DNA of 64,000 nt from Octopus bimaculoides (GCF_001194135.2 NC_068988.1:4967790-5031789); one strand, 5' to 3'; numbered from the stretch's first letter, positions 25,422-39,060 are shown. Numbers and translations: made by a program. Notes: generated from the sequence alone by a model not told the origin.

Positions 25422-28261
25422 ATTATTATTATTATTATTAGTGGTGGAGATATTTTTGGTGGTGGTGGTCGTCGTGGTGGTCGTCATCGTCGTTAGGGTA
25501 ATGGAAAATCAGCATTCCTTTATTTTATAATTTTTTATTTTTGTTTTTAATTTTCCCAAAATGAAATTGATCTGATTTCAGCAGATTGGATTCCAGATTC
25601 TAATCAACCATTGGACAAAGTATCAATTAACTAATCGAAGAGAATGTAATGTTGTACTCATGAAATGATGCTAAGAGCTATTTAGACCTAGTTTCCTGAA
25701 TTAGAATTTCCTTAAATTTGCATGTGAGAATATTAACATTGAAAATTATAAATGTCTTTTTCTTGAAGGTTATTTATTAAAGTATTACGGCAATAAAAAC
25801 AAGAGAAATAACTAGAAATAAAAACTAAATAATTCACAATCACACGAATAAGACAGAAATAAAATTAATGACCATATAAGGTAATAAAATTTAATTATAA
25901 AAATTTGCTGAATATCTTATTTTTTCAAACTTTCATGAAGAGAAAATTTAATTACCAGAAGGGATGCTGTATAATACGGCAAGTGGTAATTATAGGAGCG
26001 CAGTGGATGTATTATTTATGTGCCGATGCTTCCCACCAGGACATTGATTTCATTCGATCAGACACATACTTTATTGTTGTTATGGAGGATGTCAGAGAAA
26101 TAATATAGCGTTCGTCTATTTTTTTATTAATGACTTAAGGAAAGTGCATTAGCTTCAAATACGAATTGAAACCGACTGACGATCTCACTGGCCAAGATCC
26201 ACATTATTATATTTTTATAAAATCTTAAAAACAAAATATTGATTTTATTCATATCAAATCTACTCATTTACAGAAAACTAGAATGAAAAGAAAAATAAGT
26301 GCAACCAGGATTTTCCGGAGGCATTATAAGCACATGTTCGGCTGTAGTTGAGGAGTACGAGTTTTGCAGATATAGTGAAAATTCCGTGGTCGAGTCAAGG
26401 TTGCTTGGAGAACTCAAATCGATTAGTGGAATCGATGAAATGTCGTCAACATATCTGCACATACTCGTGTGTTGGCCTGTAAACGAGGGCAATTATGAAT
26501 GTGTATTTATTACTACTCTCCAAATATTTAACTACTATACATTTCAAAATTTCTTTAGCACCATCCTAGCTCTATTTCTCGTATTGCTTTCTTCGAATTT
26601 TGCTTTTTTTCTACCTCTCCTTTACATTTCTAAGCTGCTATTTCTTTATTTCTCACATCTCACTCATACTACCTCTCTCTCATACTACCTCTCTCTCAAA
26701 TCCCTCTCTCATCATCAAATCCACATCGCTTCTTCACTTCATTTCTTTCCAATATTCTTACCTATTATCGGACTCACTACCATTTTTCTCTTCACTCAGA
26801 CGATAAGCAAACCATTTTCACCTGATAACAACTGAACTCATCGAACTCTTTCACAAACTCTTCTTCAGATACCAAATGTTTAATATAAAGTTGGGACATA
26901 ATAAGTTAGATGCACAACAATTCATAGACGCACATGGACACACAAGGACGAACAATCAAAGTATCCTTCACAGCTCTCTATGTACAGCTTATGTACACAT
27001 ACAAGGTTGTTTATGTAAGTTGTATACACACGCGCTTCATCTCACATCAATACAAAGGAAGATTTTTTCTTATATAAAACTCAGAATATTATATTACTGA
27101 TTATAACTTGTGAGTTTCATGCAAGTGACTTAGCAAAGTAGTGTTGCTTTTAATGCATAAATGCAAATCATGGCTATACATTTGGAAAGTGACATATGTA
27201 TATATTAGTATAGACCCATCTTAAGACATTTGTCATCAGTTTTAGCCGTTGACAGCTCAGCTTAGTCTATATGTTTACAAAATTATAGGTGTTTGTAATA
27301 AGTGTGGAAATTATGGATATAGAGTTACATCAAATAAAGCGTAGATGTTTATGACGGTTTGGGGTTTTAATGGTGACATGCTTTCAGGTGAAGTTCTAAG
27401 TGTCGTACGTACTTTTTAGAGGCTTATAGTATTGGTAGCCTTAAAAATATCTAGCTGGTGATGTAAATATACGTAATATTCATGTAACATCAAGTTGTGG
27501 ATAACGTTTAAAGATATCAACCGTTTAATTGAAAAAAAATCCTTAAATGATGGGATGGGAAATTGTGTGTGTGGTGAGTATGTGTGCATATAATAAACAG
27601 ACACATACTCACCTCACAAAGTATTACTTGATTCATCTAATTGGAGAATTTATTCACTGAGATCACTATCTGACTACTCATACATGTACATATGGTGAGG
27701 GAGTGTTAGTATTTTGCCTGAAGACAGTGCAAGGACAAGACCTGTACAATAACTGATAACAATTCTATTTAATACTAGATCAAGAAGACCATAAATATTT
27801 GACACCCTACTGCCTTAACGACCTAATTTTCATACAATCATCTCTTATTATTGAAAAGCCTTTCACCCTTCTTGTCTGCTATCTTTGCGGGGATTAATAA
27901 AGGAATTGATAGTCAACTGATGGGGGGGGGTGTATCGACTAATCCTTTATTATTATTATTATTCTCTAAATTGCTCGTCTTTTATCAAAATTGCGAATTA
28001 TAGGAACAGAATGTATAACCTTGAAATTAAGTCCCCTGAATGTAACTTGCTACAATACGTGAGATAGAGTGGAGTTTATTTCAGTTTATAAATCATTAAA
28101 TGACGTGTCTGTGTTTGTGCGTGTGTGTTTTATATATATAACCGAATCTCAAAATTGTTAACAACAGCGTTGAAGAGCCCACCTACAGAAAACCTGACAT
28201 AGTTCAAATTTTCATCATAAAGCTTCATTTCTTTGCTCCCATTTATTTTGGGGAAACCAAT

Positions 28262-28525
28262 AATGTGGCACTTGGTGAAGAATGGAGTTTGATGTAGCTA
28301 CCCTCATTTGCACCTCTTACCGTGAGGTAGGTTCATCTGGGACTCTCGACAGGAAGAGGTCCAGTTTTGATTTTAAAACCTCTACATCTACTTTGTGCAG
28401 GTTCCTCAGGCTCTTTGGGAGAGTATTAAAAAGCTGTGGGCCCCTGAAACCCAAACTGTTGCAGTAACTGGTCCGGAAGCACGATGGCATTGCTGGGATC
28501 TTTGGCACTATGCAGTTAAGCAATT
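28262..28525 (-). mobile_element. CR1/L2-group LINE ORF2 C-terminal fragment
   Basis: CIVPKIPAMPSCFRTSYCNSLGFRGPQLFNTLPKSLRNLHKVDVEVLKSKLDLFLSRVPDEPTSR*EVQMRVATSNSILHQ fits the NS..RGP.LFN.LP..LRN..K..LD.FL..PDEP..SNS..HQ LINE tail. Confidence 0.75.
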
Positions 28526-29931
28526 TCTGTATTTTTTTTTTGCGTTTATTTTCCTCTTTAGGAACATTTTTTTATTCAATAAAAATTTACATCGACCAGT
28601 GCTGGAATAATTAAATCGGATTTTTATCATTTAAATATCCTATTTAATTAACAGTTGCTCGACGAGTTTGGATTAAAGAATAGATATAGATAACAGATAA
28701 GTTAAGGAAGTCGAAGTGATAGCTGAGATATACGAAAGAAACATTTGAAATATTATTGACGAAAAGTTTAAGAAAACACTTAATGACAGCATTCTACAAA
28801 ACTAAGTCATAAACGGCTTTCATTGTCGAACTTAACCACTTTATTCCCAACAAATAATAAATAAGATATCATCTAAACTTGTATTTTAAGAGGTAATTTG
28901 TTTGTTTGTTTTCTATTTAATCAAATTTATTCTAAATTGTTTCTCTAATAAGAGAAAATTAAATAAAAACGGTATAACCCAGCGTTGTGTAAGGAGAGAG
29001 TGGCTTCATCCGTGTATATGTGTGTCTACGTTCTGTTATTTATGTCTGTTAAATAGACTTGTAATGAGGGGAATATAAACCAAATTTAATTACTTGCACT
29101 GGGGAACTCTGAAAACGCTATCAGTTATTACGCAAGGAGATAACAAGTGATAACGGATTTCTTTCGTTCTTTTTGTTTAATCTTTAAAGTTTTATAATTT
29201 CACTAAAACTATTCAAACCAAGACTAACTTGTAAACCAACAATAATTTATTGATCCCAATTGAACAGTGGTTCTTCTCATCGATATATTCGTAATGATGC
29301 TACAGGTTGAATGAAGAATGTTTGAAGATGTCGTTTAACAGAACGTTATGAACGAAAAGAAACGTAATATTGTCTTGAAAACGAAGAAGCTAAGACAAAA
29401 GGTAAGTTGTAATTAGAATAATTAAAACTATTAAAACATCAATCTAAGTAAATCCAAGTGCTGGTCTTAGTTGTGTTTTTATTTCAAATTTGGTCATATT
29501 TAAACTGTGGTGGAGAAATTCTTCTTAATAAGATTAAAGGAGATTTCAACGATGGCAGTGGTAACCGCCAGATTACACGTAGGATTAAACCAACTAATAT
29601 TTATGTTCCATTTTGCTTCTTCTGTTCTTTGGTTAACCAATATGAATGGTTCTTTGCTGTATTCTGTTAATCTTCTCTTCACACCTGTTCCTATCCAGAG
29701 AATCGTTGAAATATGTAGAGGAATCAGTAAAATTTGTAAGACATGTTTAAAATTTTGAGTAAGATATTAATCATTGATGTTATTATTAAGAGAAAATGTT
29801 TGCAGATGTAAAGTTAGGTTATAAGATAAGTTCAATAAGTTTATAAGCATGCATCTTTGTATGTATTTATGTATCTATCTAAGCTTTGAATTAGTTATGA
29901 GGATAAAAAGTTATAAAAGTAGCAATGAATA

Positions 29932-29990
29932 AACATACATACATACATACACACATACATACACACATACATACACACATACATACACAC

Positions 29991-30024
<34 letters not shown>

Positions 30025-30057
30025 GATAAACACACACACGCACATACATATATATAA
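29932..30057. repeat. Compound (TACA)n/(TA)n/(CA)n repeat
   Basis: Direct read. Confidence 0.9.
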
Positions 30058-30061
30058 CGTT

Positions 30062-30240
30062 TTTTCTGATTCAGTCATGTGGCTACAGCCATGCTACACC
30101 ACCTTGACAGATTTAGTGGATCGAATCGATCCCAGTATATATTTTTAACTTTAGTACTTCCAAGGGTGTAAACAAACTAGTGCTAGTTATAAAGCTGTGA
30201 GGCCAAGCACAGACAGGCACACTCACACATAGATACATAG
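30062..30240 (-). mobile_element. Degenerate SINE family B 3' half
   Basis: ttcagtcatgtggctacagccatgcta..aatcgatcccag..tagtact..gtgtaaacaaactagtgctagtt..aagc follows the order of the B tail, with deletions. Confidence 0.6.
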
Positions 30241-30955
30241 ATACTTTTATGAATTACTATTACTAGTCTTATGAATTTTTGTACACGTGTGCATGTGTTC
30301 GCATGTGTAAGCTTTTGTCGAATCAAAGATATAATCCTATCAGAATTTCGAGTAAGAACCATTTACACTTTATTAATGTTGCTGAAAACGTCAAGAATAT
30401 AACATCTGACTAGCATCCTTTCTTCTACTACCCACGCTTTAACTGAGAAAAATAACAACATGTTTCTTCTAACTTTCTTTTTCGTAGTTAATAAGATTAA
30501 CATTCTATTCTCTGAAAGAAGGCAATGGTTTTTTAACTCGCAATCCAATTAAAGCTCTAATCTTCTTGCTAATAGTTTCTGTAGAAACTTATGATACCAG
30601 TTTGAATAGCACAAAATTACAATCTTCCTACCACACAGAATTATTTCAGAAAGAATGGGTGGGGTTGGGATTCGAGTATATAGAGAGCCAAATAAATGAT
30701 ACAGGGAAAATAGCATTAAAATGTGGATTGCTTAATCTAGAAATAATGAAACATTAGCTTTGGGATATAAAGACAATTTAAAGAAGCAAAACATGTTTTC
30801 CTCATTCTTAGCCCACGGCTATAGCGACTCACGAGAGAGAAATATATTTAGGCAAAAACATTAATTTTTTTCAATAAATTTTTACATATTGAACATTGAA
30901 AGTGTCACAATGCTCAATTATATTTATGTGAACGAATTTGCGTGAATGCACGTTT

Positions 30956-31030
30956 GTGCCTCCGAGCATGCTTGCATTTGTGTGTGCGAGAATGTATGTG
31001 CCTCCGAGCTTGCTTACATCCGTGTGTGTG
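30956..31030. repeat. 42-bp period tandem duplication
   Basis: gtgcctccgagc(a/t)tgctt(g/a)cat..gtgtgtg at 30956 and 30998. Confidence 0.8.
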
Positions 31031-31054
31031 TGTTTGTATGTGGAGTGTGCTTGT

Positions 31055-31058
<4 letters not shown>

Positions 31059-31103
<45 letters not shown>

Positions 31104-31216
31104 CGTACGTGCGTGTGTGTGTGTGTGCGTNNNNNNNNNNNNNNNNNNNNNNNNNNNNNNNNNNNNNNNNNNNNNNNNNNNNNNNNNNNNNNNNNNNNNN
31201 NNNNNNNNNNNNNNNN

Positions 31217-31259
<43 letters not shown>

Positions 31260-31262
31260 CGT
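31059..31262. repeat. (TG)n microsatellite spanning an N-gap (31131-31216)
   Basis: Direct read. Confidence 0.9.
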
Positions 31263-32902
31263 GGTACGGTAATGAATTTTCATCGTTTGGCGATTTATAT
31301 TCGATTAAAAATGTATAGTCGAACAACTGAAATATCTTCCCTAAATTAACGTGCATGTGGCTGAGTATTCCATTGATATGTCTACAATTAATATAATTCT
31401 CAGGCTGAATCAGCGGATAACAGGGTATGCAAAGGGCGTATGTCTTATGTTACAAGTATAACCCACCCAGCGGCTTTAAATACAATTTCCATTAACCCAA
31501 TTTCACTCAGAAGCGAAGGGTCGATCTGAACCTGTAGAAAATGAAATCTGGCGAAGAAGCCAGACATTGAAATCGAAACCCAGCACTTCTTAACCATTCA
31601 GCTATACTACTGTGTAAATGAAATGAATTTTCACTCTGTAAGAACCAAGTAAATGATTGAGGTGAACTGGAATATATCAATTATTGATATTGAAATTATA
31701 AAGGACGATAGCAATTCAAGATGGTTTGTTTATATCGTGATGTATAGAATAGAACTTCTGTTCAACCCAGTTGATTCAAACAGAATTTTAGAAAAGGAAA
31801 TCTAGTAAGAATGTTCATTTCTTTTCTATTCTTATATTTTGTCTAATTCTATTTTCGAAACAGAGCCTTATTAACCTAAAACTCGGTGTCGTGTTCTGAA
31901 GCACTGTCTAGAGTGATTCTTAATTTATTTGGTATTTCAGTTTATTAGGCAACGTACTTCGATTAAAAATGTATAATCAGCTTCTGTTGGGATATATTTT
32001 ATCTCACACCCAATTAGCACATGCGATACATTCATAGTATACTGACAAAAGCTGCCTGTTAGAGATATTGAAATGGCATAAAGTGGTGAAGCATTTAGAA
32101 ACGAAATAAGAATGGAATTCCATCAGAAGTACATTTCTAATCTGTTTCAATTCGGTCGGAAATATAAGATCTACATTAGGCTTGAAGGCGACATTTTCAT
32201 GAAACGTTTCTTACCTTTAGTGCAAGCCATACAATATTCTTTAACTCTCGAAACCTACGTTTATATACATTTTCAAAGAGAGTTTGAAGTAAATTGAATT
32301 TCTAACTATAAAAGAAATAATGGATCCTATGTAAATTATCAATCTTTACTAGTGGAAGGATACTGGTGAATATCGCAACTGTTTATTGATTCCTTCAAGA
32401 GAAAGAAGATTTTGGCAAGTAATGCTCGAATTAACATTATATTGAAAAAATTATTTCTTGCAAATAATATTTTCTCCTCTGTTGTTAAATATCTGACGAA
32501 AATATTCTATCCAGCTGCTAGCAATAGAAAAATACAAATGGAAAATACAAAAGTTGTTTGTTTGTTTTTTTTATTTCTTTTCACTAAAGAAGATTCTTGA
32601 TCATTTCTAGAAACTATCGTCCCGGTTGAAATATATTCAATAAAGCGCTGAGTGAAGCTGAATTCCAACAATTTGCCTTCATTGGCAATTAGTTTGCGAG
32701 TTCGTTACAAATAATTTGACGTTTAAATTATTTAAATAAGGAATTTAAATTCAAATTAACAGTTATTGGAATACTTGTAGTTAACAACATTCAAAACAAA
32801 GGGTGGGTGGGTCTGAAAAATCAAAAGACATGAGATACACACTTTATTGCTATTTATTCGAATGAGCTAAATAGTAATTTGCTCATATTTTATAAAAAGG
32901 GA

Positions 32903-32906
<4 letters not shown>

Positions 32907-32995
<89 letters not shown>
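32907..32995. repeat. (GT)n microsatellite
   Basis: Direct read. Confidence 0.95.
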
Positions 32996-32999
<4 letters not shown>

Positions 33000-33275
33000 G
33001 GTTGACAACAACGTGATTATTCGTGCATTGCGTGATTATTCGCTACAGTGAATTTTCAATAATTTTACTAATCTAACAGAATACATTATTAAAATGAAAG
33101 CTGAAACAAATTTAGAAATAGTTTTTAATTTGTTCTGGATTGCAGGAAAGAAAACCGGTTGTCAATAATATATGTAAGAAATCTATTGTGGCAGTGTTTT
33201 TATTGTATTCATCCTTATATGCTGGTATGTATGTTTGGATGCGCGGATGTGTGTTGATGTATAGCCGTAGATACA

Positions 33276-34417
33276 TGCGAGGATTAGCTGAAAAGTTCAT
33301 AGGCTAACTATGAAGGAGTGACGCTTGAGCTGTGACATTTTGTATAAATTAATTTCAACTATTACTAATAACTGTATTGTTTTTTCCGCGTAAACTGACA
33401 TCTGACTGTTCAAAGAAGACTTCAAAAGTAACAAGCAGCGACTTCTCTTGAAAATGGACAAAATTTTGCATCAAGTACCTGCAGACAAAGGGTTTGGCCC
33501 CCATGGACATTCATGTTGAAATTGTTGCTACATTAAAGGATGACACTCCTGCTTTATTAACAGTTCCAAAGACGGTAGCTGAATTTAGGAGGGGATGAGA
33601 GAGTCCTTAAGATCACCCAAGATTGGATGAGTTGAGAATATTCTGCACAATGAAACTTGGAATGACGAAGATTTCTTCTTGGTGGGTGCGACGTTTCCTG
33701 ACATCTGATCAAAAGCGCACCAGGCTTATCACATCACAGGAAAATCTGATATTTTTTTAGGTAGGTCCAGTTGGTTTCCTTGAGCGCTTCCTAATCCAGG
33801 TTGAGTGGTGGGGTCATCACTTTGAGCCAGAGATAAAAAGACAATCCCTGCAGTGGAGACACCCCTCCTCACCTGCTCCATAGAAGGTCAAGGTCCTTTC
33901 TTCTGTATGGAAGGTGACGGCTTCACTTTTGGGGGATTCGAAAGGTATTGTGTTTATTGATTAGATTCAATGGAGAGTACTATGCCAACTTGCTGAGACA
34001 GTTACAAAAGACTATCGAATCCAGGCGCCCAGAAAAACAGACAAAAGGGGTTTTGTTTCATTTGGACAATGCTGCAGCACACAAGTCTTTTGGTTTCAAT
34101 GATTACTGTGTGTGACTGTGGCTTTGAACTGATTGATCATCCTCCCTATCCTCCTGATCCGGCCCCTATCTGACTATCATCTGTTTCCGAACATGATAAA
34201 ACATATGGCTGGGAACCAGTATCGAAGTGACGCTGGCGTCATATCTGCTATTGGTAACTTTTTTTACCAAATGGATGAAAGCTTCTACACCAATGGGATC
34301 TAAGCACTGCAAAACGGATGGAAGAAGTGGGTGAACCGCAAAGAGGACTATATTGAAACATGAATATCATTTGGTGACATTGCATAAGAGTATCTTGATC
34401 AGACGCTGACCCTCGAA
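33276..34417 (+). mobile_element. Mariner DNA transposon fossil (irritans/Himar1-Hsmar2-like), decayed TIRs, transposase pseudogene 33454-34363
   Basis: Peptides MDKI..KYLQTKGLAP; WWVRRFLTSDQKRTR (WVPRLL motif); HHFEPEIKRQSLQWRH; FHLDNAAAH; HPPYPPDPAP/SDYHLFPNM; GWKKWVNRKEDYIET*. Left end cgaggattagctgaaaagttcataggct; right end gctgaccctcg. Confidence 0.92.
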
Positions 34418-35172
34418 CACATATACATATGTACGATAAGCCATAATTGTTGCGCGAGCTTTTTTTTTTTTGTTTTGGTGAACGGCTTTTGTTTTAATTT
34501 CCAGTGATGCTTTGCCTATTCCAGTTTTGTGGATTTCTTCTTAATGTCTTTGGGAAATACTTTGGAATCTTTATGCTAGCACCTTATTCTTATGAAAGAA
34601 AGGTTAATGTTTTCTTTTTTTCGAAGCGTCTAACCTTGCATGATTTTGCAGACATTATTTGCTTAAAACTTTCTTTCTTTTCCGTGTTTTTTTTTTTTTT
34701 TTTTGGTAACAAAATAGTTTTTATTTGATCCGGAGCAGTAAGTGTTATTTTCTTATTTCATCCGCTAAAAATTTATAAGAAATGGCAGTTATTCTCAGAA
34801 ACGAAGACTTCTTAATGTTTAATTCCTAGCAAAAATGTCCATTTGTTACTATTATCGTCGAAAATGAAAACAAAATTCAATGAGTACTTCAGGTAATTTA
34901 AACTTCCTTTTGTAATCTCAGTATTAATGTTTTGAAAATCACGTATTCTTCAGAATATTCTGAATGGATTTTGTTGGGGGTTCAATAATCGGATATAGAA
35001 TTGTTTTGAATTTTCAAGAAGAGTCTAGAATTTCCTGGAACTTACCTGTTATATAGATAGTCATACCTATAAAGGCTTTCCTGTAATATAGAGAGTATCA
35101 TCCGTATTAAAGCTCCGTAATGCGGTTTTGTTCTTATTGCCTACGTGATTAGGTCTACTTGCATTTGCAGAG

Positions 35173-35730
35173 ATGATTTCAACACGCTGCAAGCATCTAA
35201 GAGGCGCATTTTGCTACGTCTGTGGTCAATTTATCAAACACAAAGAATAAAAGAAAACTCTATAGCAGCAACATATAAAATGTATGAGGCCTGCAGGGCA
35301 TATTTTGGCATGCCTGTCGAAGACTCAGACGAACACATGCGAGTATAGCAAAAGAAATTCTAGAAGGTAAGATATTTAATTTTTGCTGTTTCAAATGGGA
35401 AGTTATATTACTAAAAATTATAATTTCTAAGATTTGTTTCTAAACTTCCAGTGCTATAGAAAAACTGTATGAGATATGAAAGAAGTTGCGAGACCCTCTC
35501 AAATATTAGTCATGAGTAAAAAAATTTAAATTTTTTCTTATTTAATTTTTTTTTTTTTTTACAGTTGCAGAAAGGAATAGAATGCTATGAAGATCGTTGT
35601 CGCAAGTAGTTGGTGAGAACCCACTGAACACTGAAATAATAGTACCATTCTAAAAGTCGGGCATGTAAGAACGTCAGTTACTGTATCGAGATATTCCCTC
35701 ATCCACTGCCACGTCTGACACTGCCTCCTC
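35173..35730 (+). mobile_element. Chapaev3-like (CMC) DNA transposase N-terminal fossil with a retained intron (35367-35564)
   Basis: Exon 1 reads MISTRCKHLRGAFCYVCGQFIK..KMYEACRAYFGMPVEDSD..TCEYSKR..EG|gtaag; the intron ends tttttacag; exon 2 reads CRKE*NAMKIVVASSW*EPTEH..YRDIPSS. This matches the recalled CKH..FCY.CG..YFGMPVGDQD..WREPTDH family. The superfamily label is from memory. Confidence 0.75.
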
Positions 35731-36944
35731 CGACGTGGATTGCAGTTTGGGTGTTGTGCAAAGTGCACTAATTACCACAGAAGCGTCACATTTGTGTTCC
35801 ACATTTGGTTAGGTCTTAATGTTTCTCTATTTTCTCAATTTCTGTGGTATTCGCTCTATTATCGTATCACATTTCAAAGCCTACTATCCTACGCTGTTTG
35901 GTTTGTTGATGTTTCCCTCAACAATATCCGTCTCCTTACTTTAGTGTCTTTTTTTTTAAATACAGTACAGCAGCATGACTCGGTGTTTTTATTCTATTTT
36001 CACAATCGACGCACAATGTTACGCTGGGATGGGGTTCGACTAGTCGGCTTTGAATTACAAATAGAGACTGTTTTGCGTTACACAACAGGGATATTGAGAA
36101 TGGCTAAGGTAAGTAATTATGTCAGGTAATACTGTTTCAGAACTTAATTGGAAATGAAAATAAAATACAAAATACACACGTGGACAGAGAATAAAATCCG
36201 CAAATGGCTTTAAAGGATTATATTAGAAATCAAATGTTTAAAATGGAGTCAGAGGTTTTAGGTAGTTTGTAGTCACAGTTTTTAATTAAAATGGTGTCGA
36301 GGTTTTAGTGTAACTAGTGTAAAAGAAGTCGATTCTTAACCAATATTCCGACTATCATAGAAATTGACAATTCAAAGACTTGATACTCATTGAGCTGCTA
36401 GTTATTTAATATCAGCATTTCCTCATTAAAATTGTTCCATTATCCTATTTACAGACTTCTAATGAGAAAGAGAATAATAATGCAATAACAGTGTCGAGAC
36501 TAATTGGCAGAAATTGTTGATGATATACCACTATGTACGTCACCTCCGCCCATACATGTATTATAACTATCAACTTTGATATATCTCTTTTAGAAATAAA
36601 TATAGCCTATGTCCAGATTTCACAACAAATTTAACACAGGCATCATATGTATTTAATAGGTATATCATAAATCATCTCTGCATGAAAGTGAAGTGAAGTA
36701 AGGTTTTGAACTACATGAAATGCTCTAGTGCCTTTCCAATTTATTTCTCTAATTCTCGTTCTGAGCACCTTTCTTTCAGTGTAACAATTAGTCACATGTT
36801 TTCACGACCGATTTACATGACGAGTTACGAAGTTTACAAATAAATTTCGTTTCTTTTTCCTGCCAATGCTGTTACTACAGCTGGCAATATGGCGAACGCT
36901 GAAGAGGAAAAGTTTTCTTTGTTTACCTGTTGATCTAGACGAGG

Positions 36945-37022
36945 GGACGATGCACTGGGGTGAATGTAATCGATTTACCCGTTTCCCTGAAATTGCTGGC
37001 CTTGTGCCAAAATTTGAAACTG
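36945..37022 (+). mobile_element. SINE family A 3' half
   Basis: gcactggggtgaatgtaatcgatttacc..aaattgctggccttgtgccaaaatttgaaac. Confidence 0.75.
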
Positions 37023-37023
37023 A

Positions 37024-37775
37024 TATTTTACTTCAACTGTTGTAGGTCGACACCTTCAGGAAAGACATGAACAGGGAGAGAGTTCTGGACGACTGACGCT
37101 CTAGGAGAGGAAGGAATTGGTGTAGTGGTTAATGTAGGGCATTGGGTGATTGGATTCAACATGGAGGATTGGAGAAGGAAATGATGAGTGAGACGGGAGA
37201 GCTTGAGTGTTGATAGGATGAAAATAACCAGATCCAAGGGAAAGAGAATATTACAGTAGAGCTAGGAAACAGACCATCGGTGACCAATCAGTCGAATAGC
37301 CATTCTCTGGAGTTAGTCTACATTATATGCGTATGCAGCAGCAAAGGTAGGACTGTCATAGATGTAGAACTAAATACCCTACTGTGGACCGAGTATTGTA
37401 GAGTATTGAGGAATTGTGGGGTTTCTTTGCTGTTTGCTCTGAAGGAAATGGTGCCCTTTGAGATACGGTCTTACCAATGTTAAGATCCTTAGAGATAGAA
37501 ACCTAACATGTGAAGCGATTGTAAGGGCTCTAGTTGAGTGCTAATCGCACTAGGGACTAGAGTGAGGTAATGTTTTCTTTACATGGAAATGGATGCAATT
37601 TTTCTTTTGAGGGAGACACAATTGGCTGAGGTTTTCTAAGTATTTGTTCATTAAATCAGTTTTAGTGTGTGGTGGGGATCTAGATTACATAGTGCTAACT
37701 CCTATTTAGGGCCAATAACAGAAGACAACTAGTATCATCCGTGTGAGAGTGACAAATAGGTTATTGGATAAAAAA
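37024..37775 (-). mobile_element. CR1/L2-group LINE RT 3' portion (YADD motif to C-terminus), decayed
   Basis: Minus peptides: HSHTDDT; LHMLGF..KDL; LYNT; VD*LQRMAIRLIG; INHYTNSFL..NSLPVHVFPEGVDLQQLK (RT..Y.NSF.PR..WNSLP..VFP..L..FK pattern). Confidence 0.7.
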
Positions 37776-38910
37776 ACGAGTGGGAAGAATTGTACTAAGC
37801 ATCAAGCTGAAGAGCATGGGTGCTACAAAACAACCTTACCTCACACCATTGGTAACATTGAAAGGTGCTGAGAATTCTCCATCATTCAAGATATGAGGTT
37901 ACATGCCATCGTGAAATTGATGCGTCATGTTAATGAACATGTCTGAGAAACAACCATCTTCCTTATTTTCTAGAGTATTTGTCAGTTTACAGTATTAAAA
38001 GCTTTGGTCAGATCGATTTTGTTTCCGGTCTCCATTTTGTTCCTGACATTTTCTTGTAGCTGTCTTGCAGCAAAGATCATTTTCAAGTTCCGTGAGATTT
38101 TCGAAAACTACACAGACAGTCAGGAAGCAACCGAGATTTAAGACGTTGTATGAGCAGGTTGAACACTATGTGTACCAGGATTATTCCTGCGAATGGCATG
38201 AGGGATATTCCCCTACAGCTGTCACACTGTTGAATGTTTCCTTTTCTTTTATGGAGATGTACAATGCCGACATCTTTGAATTCCTGTGGAATTAATTCGT
38301 ACTCCCTCATTGTAGTAAATAGGGCGAATGGGTTTTTCCTGTATTTTCCGGCCACCATATCTCAGCAAGAATTGCATCAGATTTCGAGGTTTTACCGTAG
38401 GCTAGTCGTCTCATAGCCAACTGAATTTCACTGAATGTAAGTGGGTTACCCTATTGATAGTTCACGAGTACCTGAGGTAACCGGGTTTTGTGAGAGGGAC
38501 GATTTAAGGGAGTCAGTGTTCTGCCCATCACTTCAGTATCAGGGATTTCTCTGTCAATAAGGACACAGCATCAAAGCTAAGCAGATAGGCAATCCTCGTT
38601 TTCGGGGTTACCCATATAAAGCATTGATTGCTTTTATAGGGACCTTTAAAGTCGCTTATCTTTGCTTGGTGGTGTATATACCACGATACCATAATGCATT
38701 GTTTTTTTCTGTTGCAGACGAAAACAACCCCCATGTACTGATTCATTACCTCGTGTATTATTTGCCAAAAGTTGTTGGTGCAATTGGTTCTTGCATCATC
38801 ATTATTCTCATCATTGGTGTTTTCGTTCTATTTTACCTAAGATTTGAGTGAAGATGCATCAACAGTGGTCCCGGAATTTCATCCATTTATCCTCAATGGA
38901 GAGACCTGAG
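37776..38910 (-). mobile_element. RTE-clade (BovB-like) LINE fragment, pre-RT region to RT motif B
   Basis: EDKWMKFRD..LGKIERKHQ; ALYG..SLLTEKSLILK*WAEH..LNRPS; IPQEFKDVGIVHLHKRKGNIQQCDSCRGISL; LLPDCLCSFRKSHGT; QLQE.CQEQN..IDLTKAFNTV; VTNGVR*GCFVAPMLFSLM. Confidence 0.9.
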
Positions 38911-38984
38911 TCAATCAATCAGTTATGACTTTTGGGAGAATGGTGAGTGTCTTTGCTAAGCTGTTTTTCACTGTAAAAGCTACA

Positions 38985-39060
38985 CAAGCTCCGCGTCGAT
39001 CAAAGACTTGTGAGTGAATTTGGTGGACAGAGACTAAAAGAAACGCGCCTATATATACGG
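38985..39060 (+). mobile_element. SINE family B central fragment
   Basis: gtcgatcaaagacttgtgagtgaatttggtggacagagactaaaagaaac matches B ggccgaccaaagccttgtgagtggatttggtagacggaaactgaaagaagc. Confidence 0.7.

Noticed and set aside
26268-26492. Minus ORF containing RYVDD (Penelope RT-like motif)
   Set aside because: The flanking residues do not follow the Penelope RT pattern (no IKFT.E or FLD downstream), so one 5-residue match is insufficient.
29307-29401. Plus-strand AG..AAG|GTAAGT exon-like segment (MNEKKRNIVLKTKKLRQK)
   Set aside because: All frames read from the acceptor hit stops, the peptide is low-complexity, and no partner exon was found.
34949-34964. Perfect 16-bp palindrome ttcagaatattctgaa
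   Set aside because: Isolated, AT-rich, and not part of any identifiable TIR pair.
35041-35060. Minus-strand ACAG|GTAAGT as a second recursive site
   Set aside because: It lacks a polypyrimidine tract and is at best an isolated donor-like word.
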